A stretch of 64,000 nucleotides of DNA from Fidelibacterota bacterium (lineage in GTDB: Bacteria > Fidelibacterota > Marinisomatia > Marinisomatales > UBA1611): positions 1,575-65,574 of the forward strand of contig JBJKZY010000046.1 in assembly GCA_045568995.1 (NCBI GenBank). The letters run 5' to 3'. The first letter of the stretch is position 1, and the number at the start of each line of letters is the position of its first letter. The notes beneath the pieces are model-generated. The model searched no databases. It was given only the letters and a program-made list of their open reading frames with translations, and was not told the DNA's origin. A program made the position numbers and the translations under genes. Shown piece by piece: positions 9,452 to 17,929 of the stretch.

Positions 9452-9604
9452 TCTAATAAATATTTATCGAATTAATAGTCGAAAATTAGACTACAGAAGA
9501 TTATTTAACAACGTGTTTTGAATTATCTTTTATTGATTTAAACTTATAAATAAGTAGAAAAATCATTTAACTTTCATTTGTAATTATAAACAAGGTATAA
9601 AAAA

Positions 9605-10030
9605 ATGAAAGACGAAAAAGTAGTTACTTCGCTTAATAAAATTTTAGAATTAGAGCTAGCTGGAGTTGTAAAATATACTCACTATGCATTTATGGTACAG
9701 GGACCTTATCGTTTATCCATCGTAGAATGGCTCCGATCACAAGCACAAGAATCTCTTACCCATGCAGAAGCGGTTGGAGAACATATCACTAGTCTAGGTG
9801 AGCATCCTACTTTAAAAATAAGTGATCTTCTAGAAACTCATAAACATTCTACAGAAGATATCCTCAATGAATGCTTAGATCATGAAAGGACAGCAATTAA
9901 AGCTTATTATGAGCTTCTTCATTCAGTTAAAGATAATTCAATTATGTTAGAAGAATTTGCTCGTACACAAATTGCAGCAGAGGAAATGCACGAAGCAGAA
10001 TTGAAAAAAATGCTGAGAGATAACTTTTAA
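9605..10030 (+). CDS. Ferritin-like superfamily protein (bacterioferritin/Dps-like)
   Basis: 141 aa four-helix pattern; N-terminus VVTSLNKILELELAGVVKYTHYA resembles the Bfr N-terminus; C-terminal EEMHEAE (ExxH). The first-half ExxH is not clean, so the subfamily is uncertain. Confidence 0.6.
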   Translation: MKDEKVVTSLNKILELELAGVVKYTHYAFMVQGPYRLSIVEWLRSQAQESLTHAEAVGEHITSLGEHPTLKISDLLETHKHSTEDILNECLDHERTAIKAYYELLHSVKDNSIMLEEFARTQIAAEEMHEAELKKMLRDNF

Positions 10031-10034
10031 AAAA

Positions 10035-10052
10035 TTAAAAAGCTATTTTTTG
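10035..10052. repeat. 18-nt exact repeat TTAAAAAGCTATTTTTTG, copy 2 (spans the TAG stop of 10043..10468)
   Basis: Identical to 8844..8861. Confidence 0.9.
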
Positions 10053-10468
10053 ATTTTATCATAGGTATCCATGGCATTTTTAAAATCTAAAATTTCTAGA
10101 TGCCCATATCCCCGAAAAATAGCCTCAATTTGCATGGATAATCCCGATTGATAGTAATCAACTAGATAATCTAATCTTTTAACACCCTCATCATTTTGGT
10201 TCAGATTATTGGGATCAATTCTACCTATGGATTTTTTTACAGGAAGTAGTTCAATATTATCGAAATTTATAACTGCATCGTAAAACTCTTTATACGCTCT
10301 ATTTATATCACCCTCTTCCTCTCCTATCATTATGTGTAATTGATGATGATATATGCTTAAGAATTCAAATGCTTCTAGCTTCTGCTGAAGCAATGCTCTT
10401 TCATCTATCTTTGGTTTTGTTCCACAAGATGTCAATAATAAAGATAATACCAAACAAGAATACTTCAC
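10043..10468 (-). CDS. Hypothetical lipoprotein, last gene of the heme operon
   Basis: 141 aa; signal plus lipobox LLLTSCG; no recognisable domain. Confidence 0.6.
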   Translation of the reverse strand: MKYSCLVLSLLLTSCGTKPKIDERALLQQKLEAFEFLSIYHHQLHIMIGEEEGDINRAYKEFYDAVINFDNIELLPVKKSIGRIDPNNLNQNDEGVKRLDYLVDYYQSGLSMQIEAIFRGYGHLEILDFKNAMDTYDKIKK

Positions 10469-10499
10469 TACAAAACCATTTTAATGAAATTCAACTTAT

Positions 10500-11489
10500 T
10501 TACAAAGATTCTAAAAGAAACGGAGTAAAATATGATAAAATCCCGTCTGCTCCGGCTCTTTTAAAACAAATTATACTTTCTAAAATTGTATCTTTATTTC
10601 TTTTTTCACCAGCAAGGGATAAAATCATTGAATATTCACCAGAAACCTGGTAGGCAAATGTTGGAATATTAAATTCTTGTTTTGTTCGATAAACTATGTC
10701 TAAATATGGCATCCCAGGTTTTATAATTACCATATCAGCCCCCTCCTTTATGTCCAATGCAATCTCTTGCATAGCCTCATCAGAATTGGCTGAATTCATT
10801 TGGTATGTTTTTTTATCTTTTATTTCATCCAACTTTTGTGCCTTAATAGCATCTCGAAAAGGGCCATAAAATGAAGATGCATACTTTGCTGCATACGACA
10901 TAATTACTGTATCGTGCATTCCATTTTGCTCTAATTCTTTTCGAATAGAACCCACTCTTCCATCCATCATGTCTGAAGGAGCTAAGATATCGCATCCAGC
11001 TTCAGAAAAGACCATAGCTTGTTTTTTTAATACTTCTATAGTTTCATCATTTGCTATTTTACCACCCTTTATAATGCCATCGTGTCCATGTATCGTATAT
11101 GGATCCAAGGCAATATCAGCTATGATACCCAAATCAGGATAAGAAGATTTAATTTCTTTGATTGCTCTGCATACTAAATTATTTTGGTCATAAGAGTTGG
11201 TTCCATTTTCATCCTTTAAATCTTTTTCTATTTGAGGAAATAAAGCCACAGCCTGTAAACCATACTTCACTAAAATTTCCAATTCCTTAATTAGCTTATC
11301 AATTGAATACCGGTACACAAATGGCATTGATTTAATCTTTTGGTTCTGGTTTTCCCCTTCCACCAAAAATACGGGCCAAATTAAATCATTGCAGGATATT
11401 GATGCCTCAGAAACTATATTACGTATAAAAGGTTTCATCCTTAAGCGTCTCATACGAGAAAAAGGGAATTTTTTAATACTATAATTCAT
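10500..11489 (-). CDS. hemB: Porphobilinogen synthase (ALA dehydratase), Asp-rich Zn-independent type
   Basis: FPFSRMRRLRMKPFIRN, DIALDPYTIHGHDG (DxALDxYxxxGHDG instead of the Cys-rich Zn site), active-site Lys region MVIIKPGMPYLDI. I start it at the internal MNYSIKK (11489), because the track start 11531 would overlap hemJ by 32 nt. Confidence 0.9.
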   Translation of the reverse strand: MNYSIKKFPFSRMRRLRMKPFIRNIVSEASISCNDLIWPVFLVEGENQNQKIKSMPFVYRYSIDKLIKELEILVKYGLQAVALFPQIEKDLKDENGTNSYDQNNLVCRAIKEIKSSYPDLGIIADIALDPYTIHGHDGIIKGGKIANDETIEVLKKQAMVFSEAGCDILAPSDMMDGRVGSIRKELEQNGMHDTVIMSYAAKYASSFYGPFRDAIKAQKLDEIKDKKTYQMNSANSDEAMQEIALDIKEGADMVIIKPGMPYLDIVYRTKQEFNIPTFAYQVSGEYSMILSLAGEKRNKDTILESIICFKRAGADGILSYFTPFLLESL

Positions 11490-11499
11490 ATCATTATCC

Positions 11500-11934
11500 T
11501 TAAAAATTGAATTCGGGTTTGATAACAACAAAAAATAAAATTACAAACATGATTAAAAAAGGTATTTCATTTATTAACCTAAAAAACTTGGATGTTTTTT
11601 GATTATCATTTTGAGAAAACTTTACTAAGTATCGTCCAAGGTTGATATGATATAAAGTTAATAATATCACAAGGAAAAATTTTGCTATAAGCCAACCATA
11701 TAAACCTAAGGCATGAGCCATATACAAACCCGAAGCCCAAACAAGCAATGCCGAAGGGTGTCCAATATAGTAGTAAAGTCTCCTCTCCATTAGTTTAAAG
11801 ATATCGGATGTCTCACTAAAGTTTTTTACATTAGCATGATAGACGAAAATTCTAGGTAAGTATAATAAAACAGCCATCCAGGCTACTACAAAAGCAATAT
11901 GAATTATTTTTACCCATAAATAAGTATTACCCAT
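11500..11934 (-). CDS. hemJ: Protoporphyrinogen IX oxidase, HemJ type
   Basis: 144 aa, 4 TM; WVKIIHIAFVVAWMAVLLYLPRIFVYHA matches the HemJ/UPF0093 signature. Confidence 0.8.
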   Translation of the reverse strand: MGNTYLWVKIIHIAFVVAWMAVLLYLPRIFVYHANVKNFSETSDIFKLMERRLYYYIGHPSALLVWASGLYMAHALGLYGWLIAKFFLVILLTLYHINLGRYLVKFSQNDNQKTSKFFRLINEIPFLIMFVILFFVVIKPEFNF

Positions 11935-11937
11935 TAG

Positions 11938-12735
11938 TCATTCCCACTCTGCTAAAGGAGGAAGAGACATTAGAATTGCTTCTGTATTTCCACCTGTCTC
12001 CAATCCAAATTTTGTACCCCTATCATATAATAAATTAAATTCAACATACCTCCCCCTCTTAATTAGCTGACGCTTCCTTTCTTCCTGTGTCCAACTTTTA
12101 TCTTTATTCTTTATTATTATTTGATCTACATATTTATGAAAAAAACTTCCTACATCATGAATAAAATTAAAATCTTTTTCAAAATCATCGTTGTTCAGGT
12201 AATCAAAGAAAATTCCACCAATTCCTCTTGCTTCATTCCTATGTTTAAGAAAAAAATATTCGTCACACCACTTTTTATATTTTGGATAATAAGTACTATC
12301 ATGCCTTTCACACATTTGTTTGAGATTTTCATGAAATTTTTCTGTCTCTAATGTGAAATCAAGGCATGGCGTGATATCCATACCACCACCAAACCAACGC
12401 TTTTGAGTTACTAAGTATCGAGTGTTAAAATGCATAGATGGAACGTTAGGATTTACCGGATGCAACACTACGCTAATGCCTGTAGCCCAATAACTAGGAT
12501 CCTTATCAGCACCTGGAATGCGCTGTTGCATTTTTTCAGAAAATTTTCCTGCAACAGTTGATATGTTCACACCTCCTTTTTCAATAACATTTCCTTTTAT
12601 AACACTCATTGTTCCACCACCTTTCCCAGAGTGTTTCCAACGCTTTACCTTAAACTTAGCGCCATCATGATCTTCTATCATTTGCACTAAATTATTTCTT
12701 AAGCCTTCAAACCAATTTTTTGCTTTATTTCTCAT
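11938..12735 (-). CDS. hemF: Oxygen-dependent coproporphyrinogen III oxidase
   Basis: GGGTMSVIKGNVIEKGGVNIS, HPVNPNVPSMHFNTRY, WFGGGMDITP, RGIGGIFFDY, YVEFNLLYDRGTKFGL. Confidence 0.9.
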   Translation of the reverse strand: MRNKAKNWFEGLRNNLVQMIEDHDGAKFKVKRWKHSGKGGGTMSVIKGNVIEKGGVNISTVAGKFSEKMQQRIPGADKDPSYWATGISVVLHPVNPNVPSMHFNTRYLVTQKRWFGGGMDITPCLDFTLETEKFHENLKQMCERHDSTYYPKYKKWCDEYFFLKHRNEARGIGGIFFDYLNNDDFEKDFNFIHDVGSFFHKYVDQIIIKNKDKSWTQEERKRQLIKRGRYVEFNLLYDRGTKFGLETGGNTEAILMSLPPLAEWE

Positions 12736-13731
12736 TTACCATCCCAAAATATTTTCCTTCACAATAGATTGAAGCATATTTATTTGATCATCATTACTAT
12801 TCAAACAGGGAATATAAACAAGGTCCTCTCCTCCATTTTCTATAAACAATTCTTTATACTGAATTTGAATTTCTTCAAGAGTTTCTAAACAATCCACACT
12901 AAAGCCAGGAGAGATAATATGTAATTTTTTTACACCATTTTTTGCGAATTTTATTATTTCTTCATCAACATATGGCTTTAACCACTCTTCTCTGCCAAAC
13001 CTAGATTGAAAGGCGAGGCGGTATTTTTCTTTATCAATTTTAAGTTCTTCCGCAACTAATCTTGCTGTCTTATGACAAAAGCAATAGTATGGATCACCCT
13101 CTTTCAAATATCTAAAAGGCATACCATGGAAGCTGAAAACTAACATTTCAATTTCTTGCATATCAGGAATGAAAGCAGAAATAGATTTTTGTATAGCCTT
13201 GATATAATCTTCTCTATCATGATAGCCATTTACAAAACGTATATTAGGAACCCAAGGCCACTTATTTAATACGATATTTATTTTATCCAATGTGCTAGAT
13301 GAAGTGGGAGATCCTGCTTGAGGGTACAGAGGAATAATAAGAACTTTCATTATATTATTCTTTTTAAACTTTTCTAATGCATTTTCTATGGAAGGATTGC
13401 CATATCTCATACCCAATTCGATCATTAGGTTTTTTTGATCCATTTCAATTTTTAGTTTCTCCACAATTTCATTCATATATACCATCAACGGAGAGCCCTT
13501 TTCCGTCCATATTTTCTCATAAAGTTTTGCTGACCTTTTTGGTCGTACGTTTAAAATAATTCCATGAAGAATGAGAAACCATAAAACTCTATTATAATCA
13601 ACAACCCTCACATCCGATAAAAATTCTTTGAGGTATTTTCTTAGACTCTTTTTTGTTGGATTATCTGGAGTACCAAGATTGGTAAGCAAAACTCCTATTT
13701 TATTTTGATAATTTGGATCAAAGCCTTCCAT
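12736..13731 (-). CDS. hemH: Ferrochelatase
   Basis: 331 aa; GVLLTNLGTPDNPTKKSLRKYLKEFLSDVRVV N-terminal signature; SFHGMP; abuts hemF with no spacer. Confidence 0.9.
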   Translation of the reverse strand: MEGFDPNYQNKIGVLLTNLGTPDNPTKKSLRKYLKEFLSDVRVVDYNRVLWFLILHGIILNVRPKRSAKLYEKIWTEKGSPLMVYMNEIVEKLKIEMDQKNLMIELGMRYGNPSIENALEKFKKNNIMKVLIIPLYPQAGSPTSSSTLDKINIVLNKWPWVPNIRFVNGYHDREDYIKAIQKSISAFIPDMQEIEMLVFSFHGMPFRYLKEGDPYYCFCHKTARLVAEELKIDKEKYRLAFQSRFGREEWLKPYVDEEIIKFAKNGVKKLHIISPGFSVDCLETLEEIQIQYKELFIENGGEDLVYIPCLNSNDDQINMLQSIVKENILGW

Positions 13732-14761
13732 TTTTCACCTTTGAAAATGTATTCCTAATTTCTCTAACAAAATGTCGAACATTTTTTTCTGGAGTTTTTG
13801 GTAACACGCCATGGCTGAGACTGCAAAGCCATCCCTTTCGATCATTTTTACTTAGTTGCTGCATCCTACTTACAAATTGTTGGTAATCAGGTAGATATTC
13901 TGAGTGCTCTTTTCGCATAGAGTCGGGAGAAAAATTACCTTGGACAAAAAAGGATTTCTCATACTTTAAAAATTCAATGAAACCTTGATTATCTGGATAA
14001 ACAACTCCTGCTAAACCATAACTATTTAAATGCTCAATATTCTGTTCATAAAACTTTTTGTTTTTTGAGAAATAGGCAATTTTTTTCTTGAATTCTAAAA
14101 ATAAATCTGATTTCATTTTTTCCATATAAGTTCCAAGAAAATATTCTTTTTCTAATTGAATACTATTTGTATCGAAAACGTATACTAAATCAGCCCCTTC
14201 ATCGATCTGCATTTGAATATTTTTCCTTAAAATTGGAAACATAATATCATACAATAATTTTTCTATTACGCTATCATGCGTATCAATTTTTATTGAATGT
14301 TCATTCTTCATGTTCATTCCATAAGATAGAACAGTCCAAGGACCTCCAACAAACCCCACAAGACTTTTATTTTTTTCTAAAGATTTCCTTGTTAAATCAA
14401 GGGCTTTGGTTTGAAAATTTAATTTTTCCTCTACCTCATTATCACCTATTTTTAGCTTTATATGTTGCTCAGTCAAATAATTTTCAAAAGTAGGTCCTGG
14501 CTTATAACTTAATTTTAAACCCAATAACTCCAAGGGAAATAATATATCACTAAATAAGATTGCAATATCGTAATCAAAATCAGTCATAGGACCACATGCA
14601 ACCTCTGCCGCAAGCTCAGGAGTTTTGCAAAGTTCCTCAAAAGAATGTCTTTTCCTTAGCTCTTGATAATGTGAATGGTACCTTCCAGCTTGACGCATAA
14701 ACCATATCGGCGGAGTCGATTGCGGTATACCTTTTAGAAGTTTTTCAAATCTTTCATTCAT
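13718..14761 (-). CDS. hemE: Uroporphyrinogen decarboxylase
   Basis: PPIWFMRQAGRYHS signature. Start placed at MNERFEKLL (14761), 2 nt after the hemC stop; the track start 14794 overlaps hemC. Confidence 0.9.
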   Translation of the reverse strand: MNERFEKLLKGIPQSTPPIWFMRQAGRYHSHYQELRKRHSFEELCKTPELAAEVACGPMTDFDYDIAILFSDILFPLELLGLKLSYKPGPTFENYLTEQHIKLKIGDNEVEEKLNFQTKALDLTRKSLEKNKSLVGFVGGPWTVLSYGMNMKNEHSIKIDTHDSVIEKLLYDIMFPILRKNIQMQIDEGADLVYVFDTNSIQLEKEYFLGTYMEKMKSDLFLEFKKKIAYFSKNKKFYEQNIEHLNSYGLAGVVYPDNQGFIEFLKYEKSFFVQGNFSPDSMRKEHSEYLPDYQQFVSRMQQLSKNDRKGWLCSLSHGVLPKTPEKNVRHFVREIRNTFSKVKNGRL

Positions 14762-14763
14762 AA

Positions 14764-16281
14764 CTATTCTCTTTTTTTGTAATAAGATAACCAATGCTTA
14801 TAAGATAGAAAACATTCTATCGCACTAGGATTAGGTAATTTTGTTTTTAAGTAATCAAATGTTTTCCCAAAGCCGCTACTATGCTTTGCATCTAATATTT
14901 CAGGGTAGCGCTCAACTACTACTTCGAATTGAACTGGACTCATCCAATAAAAATATTTTTTTCCTTTAATAGAAAGATTCTCAAGAGCATCTTTATTTAC
15001 TTTTAGTTCATACGTAGGAATTAATTCATAACTATTTGAAGTAGCTTTTGTATGGCTAAGATTAAAACGTAGAATTTGTTCAGAAACAAAGTTCTTAAGA
15101 TCCTTAAGTTCATGATTGCCCATGCTATCACTGGATCCATTGATCCAATACCCTTTTTTTACAGCATAATACCAGCACTTTAATCCACTAGTCCAAAGAT
15201 AGTTACTATCTTTTAATTTATGATTGTTATCTAGAACATTTTTTCTACTTAAGTAAATAAAACTATTTTCTAACATACTTAATTTATCATTATTATCGAC
15301 CTGAACACGTTGAAATAAATTTTTATCACCTTGGAGTGGATAAAGTGATTTTTGTGGTATTTTCTTATAATTTTTATCGAAATCTTGATCAAAAAAATCA
15401 TGCTTATTAATGTCTTCACCCTGTTCTGTTTGCCCTTTCATAGAAAATATAGTTCTTCCATTTTTAGAATAAATGGAGACACCTATCTTTTGCTGACAAC
15501 CCCCACCATATTTACTTAAAATGTTTTTTTCTTTCAGAACATTATCAAAAACAACCTTATTGTTAATTTTATCAACTATATTTTTTAAATCTTTCCGATC
15601 TTTCCTTGCCTCTATTCCAATTGCACCTTGCCCAGGAGCAGTAGGAAATATAGAAAGAGGTAAAATTATCCATTTATTTTTGCTAATGATATTTTTAATG
15701 AACTCAATTGCTTTGCTATCATTGGATTCTAAGATTCTATCAATAGCTACTTTTGCCATTACAATTCCATCTGCGTCTCCTTGAACAAACTTTTTTAATC
15801 TTGTTTCAATATTTCCTCTTACATCTAAAAACGTTAAACGATCGATGTTAAATGGAACAAGTTTTTGCAAGTATATTTCTAGATTATGCTTTCTGCGTGG
15901 GGAAGATGAAAGTATTTGAAAAATTTCTTTCTTTTTATTTTTGATAATATTTTTTTTTACAATTAAGATATCTCTCATATCTCCTCTATTAACAGTACCA
16001 ATAATTTCCGTTTGAGTTGATGGCTCTACCGGAACATCTTTCCAAGAGTGAATCGCAATATCAAATTTTTTATTTATAATTTTATCACTTATGTCCTTCG
16101 TAAAAAGACCAACACTATCAGATTTTGCGATATTGATTTCCATATCCCTATCAGCAATTGTTGTGGTAGTGTGATATTCAATCTCTAATTCTGGATAGCA
16201 ATCTTCCAATTGCTTACCTATAATTTCAGCTTGAATTTTCGCAAGCATACTTGCTCTGGACACAATTTTTATTTTTTCCAA
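14764..16281 (-). CDS. hemC: Hydroxymethylbilane synthase with about 200-aa C-terminal extension (candidate uroporphyrinogen-III synthase domain)
   Basis: The N-terminal ~300 aa are HemC: KIVSRASMLAKIQAE, IHSWKDVP, RGNIETRL, PAPGQGAIGIE, cofactor Cys in GGGCQQKIG. Residues ~300-505 are extra; WMSPVQFEVV and SSGFGKTFDYL loosely resemble the HemD FTSxxAV / IGxxTA motifs. Confidence 0.85.
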   Translation of the reverse strand: MEKIKIVSRASMLAKIQAEIIGKQLEDCYPELEIEYHTTTTIADRDMEINIAKSDSVGLFTKDISDKIINKKFDIAIHSWKDVPVEPSTQTEIIGTVNRGDMRDILIVKKNIIKNKKKEIFQILSSSPRRKHNLEIYLQKLVPFNIDRLTFLDVRGNIETRLKKFVQGDADGIVMAKVAIDRILESNDSKAIEFIKNIISKNKWIILPLSIFPTAPGQGAIGIEARKDRKDLKNIVDKINNKVVFDNVLKEKNILSKYGGGCQQKIGVSIYSKNGRTIFSMKGQTEQGEDINKHDFFDQDFDKNYKKIPQKSLYPLQGDKNLFQRVQVDNNDKLSMLENSFIYLSRKNVLDNNHKLKDSNYLWTSGLKCWYYAVKKGYWINGSSDSMGNHELKDLKNFVSEQILRFNLSHTKATSNSYELIPTYELKVNKDALENLSIKGKKYFYWMSPVQFEVVVERYPEILDAKHSSGFGKTFDYLKTKLPNPSAIECFLSYKHWLSYYKKRE

Positions 16282-16377
16282 GATTTTAATCTTCTATTTG
16301 TTAAAACTGACGATATATTCGTATTTTCGACCGAGGATTCTAATTATATTTTAATTAGATCTAAAACATAAAATACT

Positions 16378-17640
16378 ATGGATTACAAAGAGTTACTTCA
16401 AAAACAGCTAAATCAATTTAGCTCTAAAGGATATAAAAGAACCTTTACATCTATTTATAGATACCAAGAAACATTTCCTTTTACCAAAATTGATTTACCA
16501 AACGAAGAACAGAAAAAAGAAAATATAAATCCCGATACTACTATTTGGTGCTCTAATGACTATCTAAACATGAGCCATAACAAAGAGGTTATCAATAGAA
16601 TGATCCAAGTAATTAAGGAAGTAGGAACAGGATCTGGAGGAACTCGAAATATTTCTGGTACTACGCCCTATCATGATCAACTTGAAAATAAATTAGCTAA
16701 TTTTCATGAACGGGATGCGGCTCTCATTTTTACTTCTGCGTATGTTGCAAATCAGACTACACTAGCAACATTGTGTAAGAGGATTCCAAATATAGAAGTG
16801 TTTTCTGATCAGCTAAACCACGCTTCCCTAATCGAAGGTATTAAAAATTCCAAAGCATCGTGCTCTATCTTTAGGCACAATGATCTAGAACATTTGGAAT
16901 TACTCCTTTCTGAAAAAAATTTAAATCAACCAAAAATTATTGTTTTTGAGTCTTTATATTCCATGGATGGAACGGAAACCAATGTTTCTGAATACGTAAA
17001 ACTTGCAAAAAAATACAATGCCCTCACATATCTTGATGAAGTCCACGCCGTAGGTTTATATGGAAAAGGTGGAAGAGGAGTTGCTTATGAAAATAATGTA
17101 TCAGACCAAATTGATATCATTAATGGAACTCTCGCAAAAGGCTTTGGGCAAATAGGAGGTTATATCGTTGCAGATCAAACTACTATAGATTTCATTAGAT
17201 CCTTTGCTCCTGGTTTTATTTTTACAACATCTATGATGCCTTCTATCGCTGCTGCTGCTTCAAAAAGTATTGAAATAGTAGAAAATCTTGATGAAGAACG
17301 AGATGATATTTTTAACAAAGCAAAGTACTTTAGACAAAAATTAAATCTTTTAGATATACCTTTCATTGATAGTAATAGCCATATAATTCCCATTCTCACC
17401 TATAGTACAAAAAAAGCAAAACTCTTTTCAAAACTTCTCCTAAAACAATTCAATAGTTACATACAGCCTATCTTCTATCCTACTGTACCTGAAGGGTCTG
17501 CTCGTTTAAGAATTACAATTACACCCAAGCATTCGATACAAGATATTGACAACTTAATTGCTGCTTTAAAGCGATTGTTTGATAACGAAAAATCAGAACA
17601 GCATATAAATACTGCAACCAGGCAAAATCAAGTCGCTTAA
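16378..17640 (+). CDS. hemA: 5-aminolevulinate synthase (C4/Shemin pathway)
   Basis: 420 aa; WCSNDYLNMS, GSGGTRNISGT, FTSAYVANQ, NHASLIEGI, FESLYSMDG, DEVHAVGLYG, GTLAKGFG (PLP Lys), GFIFTTS, SHIIPI, QPIFYPTVPEGSARLRITITPKH. This combination distinguishes ALAS from KBL/BioF. Confidence 0.85.
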   Translation: MDYKELLQKQLNQFSSKGYKRTFTSIYRYQETFPFTKIDLPNEEQKKENINPDTTIWCSNDYLNMSHNKEVINRMIQVIKEVGTGSGGTRNISGTTPYHDQLENKLANFHERDAALIFTSAYVANQTTLATLCKRIPNIEVFSDQLNHASLIEGIKNSKASCSIFRHNDLEHLELLLSEKNLNQPKIIVFESLYSMDGTETNVSEYVKLAKKYNALTYLDEVHAVGLYGKGGRGVAYENNVSDQIDIINGTLAKGFGQIGGYIVADQTTIDFIRSFAPGFIFTTSMMPSIAAAASKSIEIVENLDEERDDIFNKAKYFRQKLNLLDIPFIDSNSHIIPILTYSTKKAKLFSKLLLKQFNSYIQPIFYPTVPEGSARLRITITPKHSIQDIDNLIAALKRLFDNEKSEQHINTATRQNQVA

Positions 17641-17929
17641 GAAAGGTCCTTTACAACTAAATCCTACTTAAATTCATTTATAATTTTTCCATGGATCAGG
17701 ATCAATAAATATTAAACACCTTGAAGCTTTTTAAATCTAATTTTATTAAGTCCTGCATAGAATCATATAAACGTGGCGGGATAAAAAATCTCATTGAAGA
17801 AAAAGGACTCAAAGTAGTAATTATTTTCTTTCTATTTTTTTCCATTAAAGGATCTCTATATATTATAATACCTTGGCTAGGTTTATCATATTTCAGTACC
17901 TGTTTTTAAAAATTTTGATATTATTATAT

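Noticed and set aside
9542-9555. A/T palindromes ACTTATAAATAAGT (9542..9555) and GAGTTTAAAACTC (about 41981..41993) in promoter regions.
   Set aside because: They are short and almost pure A/T. They are expected by chance at this base composition, so they are not reported as features.
10500-11531. Track start of hemB, giving a 14-aa N-terminal extension overlapping hemJ by 32 nt.
   Set aside because: The internal Met at 11489 precedes the conserved FPFSRMRRLR by the usual distance and removes the overlap.
17721-17909. 62-aa TTG-initiated ORF in the 289-nt convergent spacer between ALAS and the TonB receptor.
   Set aside because: It has a hydrophobic C-terminal half but no Shine-Dalgarno and no homology I can recognise. 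It cannot be supported from sequence alone.
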